64,000 bases of DNA. It comes from Macrostomum lignano. Lineage: Eukaryota. This document shows, piece after piece, positions 62,053 through 64,000 of the stretch (positions are counted from its first letter, which is position 1; each line of letters begins with the position of its first letter). The stretch lies in assembly GCA_002269645.1 (NCBI GenBank), contig NIVC01001388.1, positions 62,001 to 126,000 of the forward strand, read 5' to 3'. The notes under the pieces are model-generated. The model worked only from the letters and a program-made list of their open reading frames with translations. It was not told the DNA's origin and did no database searches. A program made the position numbers and the translations under genes.

Positions 62053-62736
62053 TTTTCAATATTGTAGCTAGTTCATAGAAAATTCCATGATCAGTAGGAT
62101 GTCGTAGGGATATCCGAGTATGTAAGGATCACTATTTAGTGCCGTTTAACACACAATCGATAATAATAGTAATGAGCAATCAGAGTGAAATGAAAACGCA
62201 TCTGTCAGTAACCGACACTATATTGGTACATTCGCGATTGAAAAATGTTCACATGTAGGTCATTACAAAAATATCTGCTCAATTCAATTGTGAAATTTAA
62301 GCTCCTTCGTACTCAATTATTAATATTAATTAATACTCAGCCAGTAGTCGCAACTGATGATGAGGAGGTTAGAGAAGCTGATTTATGATGCATTGTAAGC
62401 TGGTCATGCCGCTGCTGCTGCTGAGCCTGTGTTCGCTTGGCACTGCCCTCTCGCATCAGCCTTGGCAAATTCATGAGCTGTTGCTGCGGGATTAGAAATG
62501 CAGAAATTGGCATTAAAGGGCAACGGAGCCACCGAGACACATTGAATTAGAGCGAAGAGGCCTTTCAGAAATTTGTCAGTATTCGCGAGTGTAACGACAC
62601 AGTGGCGTAGGCAGAGGCCTCCTCCCAGTCGTCCCATTAAAACTGCACTCCTTCAGAAACTAAATGAAAGAGGCAAGCAAGCTTCATAAATGACAGAAGC
62701 TCAACTCTTGCCACCTCTTGGACGTGGGCATCCGCC

Positions 62737-64000
62737 GAGACAGGAGCGCCCACCAAGAGACAGGAACGCTCACCAAGAGACAGGAGCGCCCACCAAGAGA
62801 CAGGAGCGCCCACCAAGAGACAGGAGCGCCCACCAAGAGACAGGAACGCCAACCAAGAGACAGGAATGCCAACCAAGAGACAGGAACCCAACCAAGAGAC
62901 AGGAACGCTCACCAAGAGACAGGAGCGCCCACCAAGAGACAGGAGCGCCCACCAAGAGACAGGAGCGCCCACCAAGAGACAGGAACGCCAACCAAGAGAC
63001 AGGAACGCCAACCAAGAGACAGGAACGCCAACCAAGAGACAGGAACGCTCACCAAGAGACAGGAGCGCCAACCAAGAGACAGGAACGCCAACCAAGAGAC
63101 AGGAACGCCAACCAAGAGACAGGAACGCTCACCAAGAGACAGGAACGCCAACCAAGAGACAGGAACGCCAACCAAGAGACAGGAACGCCAACCAAGAGAC
63201 AGGAACGCCAACCAAGAGACAGGAACGCCAACCAAGAGACAGGAACGCCAACCGAGAGACAGGGGCTCCCACCAAGAGACAGGGGCTCCACCAAGAGACA
63301 GGGGCGCCCACCAAGAGGCAGGAACGCCAACCAAGAGGCAGGAACGCCAACCAAGAGACAGGAACCCCAACCAAGAGACAGGAACGCCAACCAAGAGACA
63401 GGAACGCCAACCAAGAGACAGGAACCCCAACCAAGAGACAGGAACCCCAACCAAGAGACAGGAACGCCAACCAAGAGACAGGAACGCCAACCGAGAGACA
63501 GGGGCTCCCACCAAGAGACAGGGGCGCCCACCAAGAGGCAGGAACGCCAACCGAGAGACAGGGGCTCCCACCAAGAGACAGGGGCGCCCACCAAGAGGCA
63601 GGAACGCCAACCGAGAGACAGGAACCCCAACCAAGAGACAGGAACGCCAACCAAGAGACAGGAACGCCAACCAAGAGACAGGAACGCCAACCAAGAGACA
63701 GGAACGCCAACCAAGAGACAGGAACCCCAACCAAGAGACAGGAACGCCAACCAAGAGACAGGAACGCCAACCAAGAGACAGGAACGCCAACCAAGAGACA
63801 GGAACGCCAACCGAGAGACAGGGGCTCCACCAAGAGACAGGGGCGCCCACCAAGAGGCAGGAACGCCAACCGAGAGACAGGAACCCAACCAAGAGACAGG
63901 AACGCCAACCAAGAGACAGGAACGCCAACCAAGAGACAGGAACGCCAACCGAGAGACAGGGGCTCCCACCAAGAGACAGGGGCTCCCACCAAGAGACAGG
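62737..64000. repeat. 20-bp minisatellite (AACCAAGAGACAGGAACGCC and variants), runs off the window
   Basis: Directly visible. Confidence 0.97.

Noticed and set aside
62337-62640. Short minus-strand ORFs before the 20-bp satellite
   Set aside because: No identifiable motif. Possibly a decayed repeat.

Overview
Repeat-saturated animal genomic DNA with spliceosomal GT-AG introns, TATA promoters and no prokaryotic features. It resembles the flatworm Macrostomum in style, but the species cannot be established from sequence alone. (1) At 1-7546 lies a DNA transposon whose inverted arms are built from tandem 161-bp repeats. Its single intact ~978-aa ORF fuses a Zn finger/HTH/DDE (PIF-Harbinger/ISL2EU/Spy-type) transposase to a compact ubiquitin-specific protease (USP, peptidase C19) with an apparently intact Cys-His-Asp triad. 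It sits in a retroviral-type integrase remnant, and its right end abuts TTT, as expected for Spy-type insertion. This is the best candidate for an undescribed system. (2) There are five paralogous 3-exon genes (4 intact, 1 pseudogene) for small, GPI-anchored, 8-Cys three-finger (Ly6/uPAR/quiver-like) proteins. None of them is recovered as a complete gene by the ORF track. Their introns, signal peptides and GPI tails are conserved, their loops are hypervariable, their exon ancestry is mosaic, and they travel with a 23-bp satellite. (3) Four Gypsy-type LTR elements or remnants, a Penelope fragment, a LINE fragment, two MITEs and three copies of a tRNA-derived Nin/Deu-like SINE are also present. 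(4) About 20 kb is mini/microsatellite. Most ORFs in the supplied track are translations of repeats or antisense shadows.
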